A DNA stretch of 60,139 bases, filler included. It is 8 parts of 8 records of this genome, joined end to end, with 100 filler letters (N's around TTAATTAATTAA, not from the genome) between each part and the next. Parts side by side here need not be neighbours in the genome. Positions count along the whole stretch, not along the records: positions 54,710 to 60,139 come from SRR31147125_9055; 7 more parts are not named here. One strand, written 5' to 3'. Under the pieces are notes generated by a model that was not told where the DNA came from, did no database searches, and saw nothing but the letters and a program-made list of their open reading frames with translations. This document shows positions 59,566-60,139 of the stretch, in pieces; the first letter of the stretch is position 1, and the number at the start of each line of letters is the position of its first letter. The position numbers were made by a program, and so were the translations under genes.

Positions 59566-60139
59566 TCACCTTCTTCCTCTCGCTTTGGCAATTTCATCAA
59601 ACAGCGACGAGATAAGCTCCTCTGTTGCACGCATCTCAGAACGTCGGCTGTCCTCGTCCCCGTCGGGATCGATGTCCGCTCCGGCAGCGTCTGCCAGACC
59701 CAGGTCAACAAAATCTTCTGCAAGCTTTCTGTTGTCTTCACGATACAACTCCAGCACCGAGGAATAAAACTTCTGGTTGAAAAGCGTGTAGCCTCTCTTT
59801 TCCCCAAAATACCATCGTGTTGTGCAGATCTCTGCACCACCTGTTTCAACAACGCCAGACGATCGTCTTCCAGCTGCAGGTCAACAGCCCGCTTCATCAG
59901 CGCTGCGGAATGTCTGGAGAGGCTGGCATTAACAAGATCCTGGGTTCGCGCCGGTTGATCCAGAGCATACGGATCGATACCGGCCACCTGAATAAAATCT
60001 TTTACGACGTCTTTACCGGGGAGATTATCGTAGGCTCGTACAATGAGATTCTCACGCCCGAAATATTCAGCCCAGATAGACAGATTGGCGTGGTAGAGCA
60101 GATAGTTTTTCGCCTCTTTCAACAGCTCCTCTTCCGGGG
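59566..60139 (-). CDS. P-loop/sulfotransferase-like protein, C-terminal part (5' truncated, frameshift near 59780-59783)
   Basis: W...FG.ENL.VR.Y...DVV.DF...N.SLS, then after one added base FNQKFYSSVLELYREDNRKLA. This pattern is seen in glycan-locus sulfotransferase-like proteins. Confidence 0.6.

Overview
The window is not one locus. It is eight unrelated contigs joined by 100-bp spacers (44 N + TTAATTAATTAA + 44 N), typical of a concatenated metagenome or bin from an anaerobic community. Taxonomic calls are inferred from gene content and protein style. (1) 1-7569, Bacteroidota: transglutaminase/DUF3858, rdgB, porZ, recO, a YbdL-like aminotransferase, SPOR lipoprotein, a cryptic GIY-YIG gene and a tRNA 3' end. 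(2) 7670-15487, Clostridia-like: TRAP dctPQM, a UROD/MtaA-fold protein, two AraC regulators and kduI-kduD. (3) 15588-25696, spore-forming Clostridia: M15 peptidase, Cys-rich spore-type protein, MFS, yigZ, tyrS, spoVG, PIN/TRAM, carD and FHA-FtsW/RodA-PBP. (4) 25797-31859, Bacteroidota: fabH, rpmF, yceD, histidine kinase, dxs, coaX and a helicase-like tail. (5) 31960-39529, Bacteroidota: ECF sigma-FecR-SusC and a lipoprotein preceded by a Fur-box-like palindrome. (6) 39630-45592, Desulfobacterota-like: dnaB, hflX, B12 radical SAM, a cryptic lipoprotein and a PaaK-like ligase. (7) 45693-54609, spirochaete: MBL hydrolase, a giant barrel/8xIg/OmpA protein, mltG, dnaG and rpoD. (8) 54710-60139, Desulfobacterota-like: ilvD, PrpR-type activator, MBL hydrolase and a P-loop/sulfotransferase-like fragment. 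I see no CRISPR array, rRNA, transposase or prophage. Seven frameshifts, each repairable by adding one base to a homopolymer, point to sequencing indels and hide real genes from the ORF track. No unambiguous new system is proven. The best leads are the spirochaete outer-membrane-to-peptidoglycan tether, an intact aminotransferase that has lost its PLP lysine, and the uronate TRAP locus with a Zn-motif UROD/MtaA-like protein and a non-phosphorylatable response regulator.
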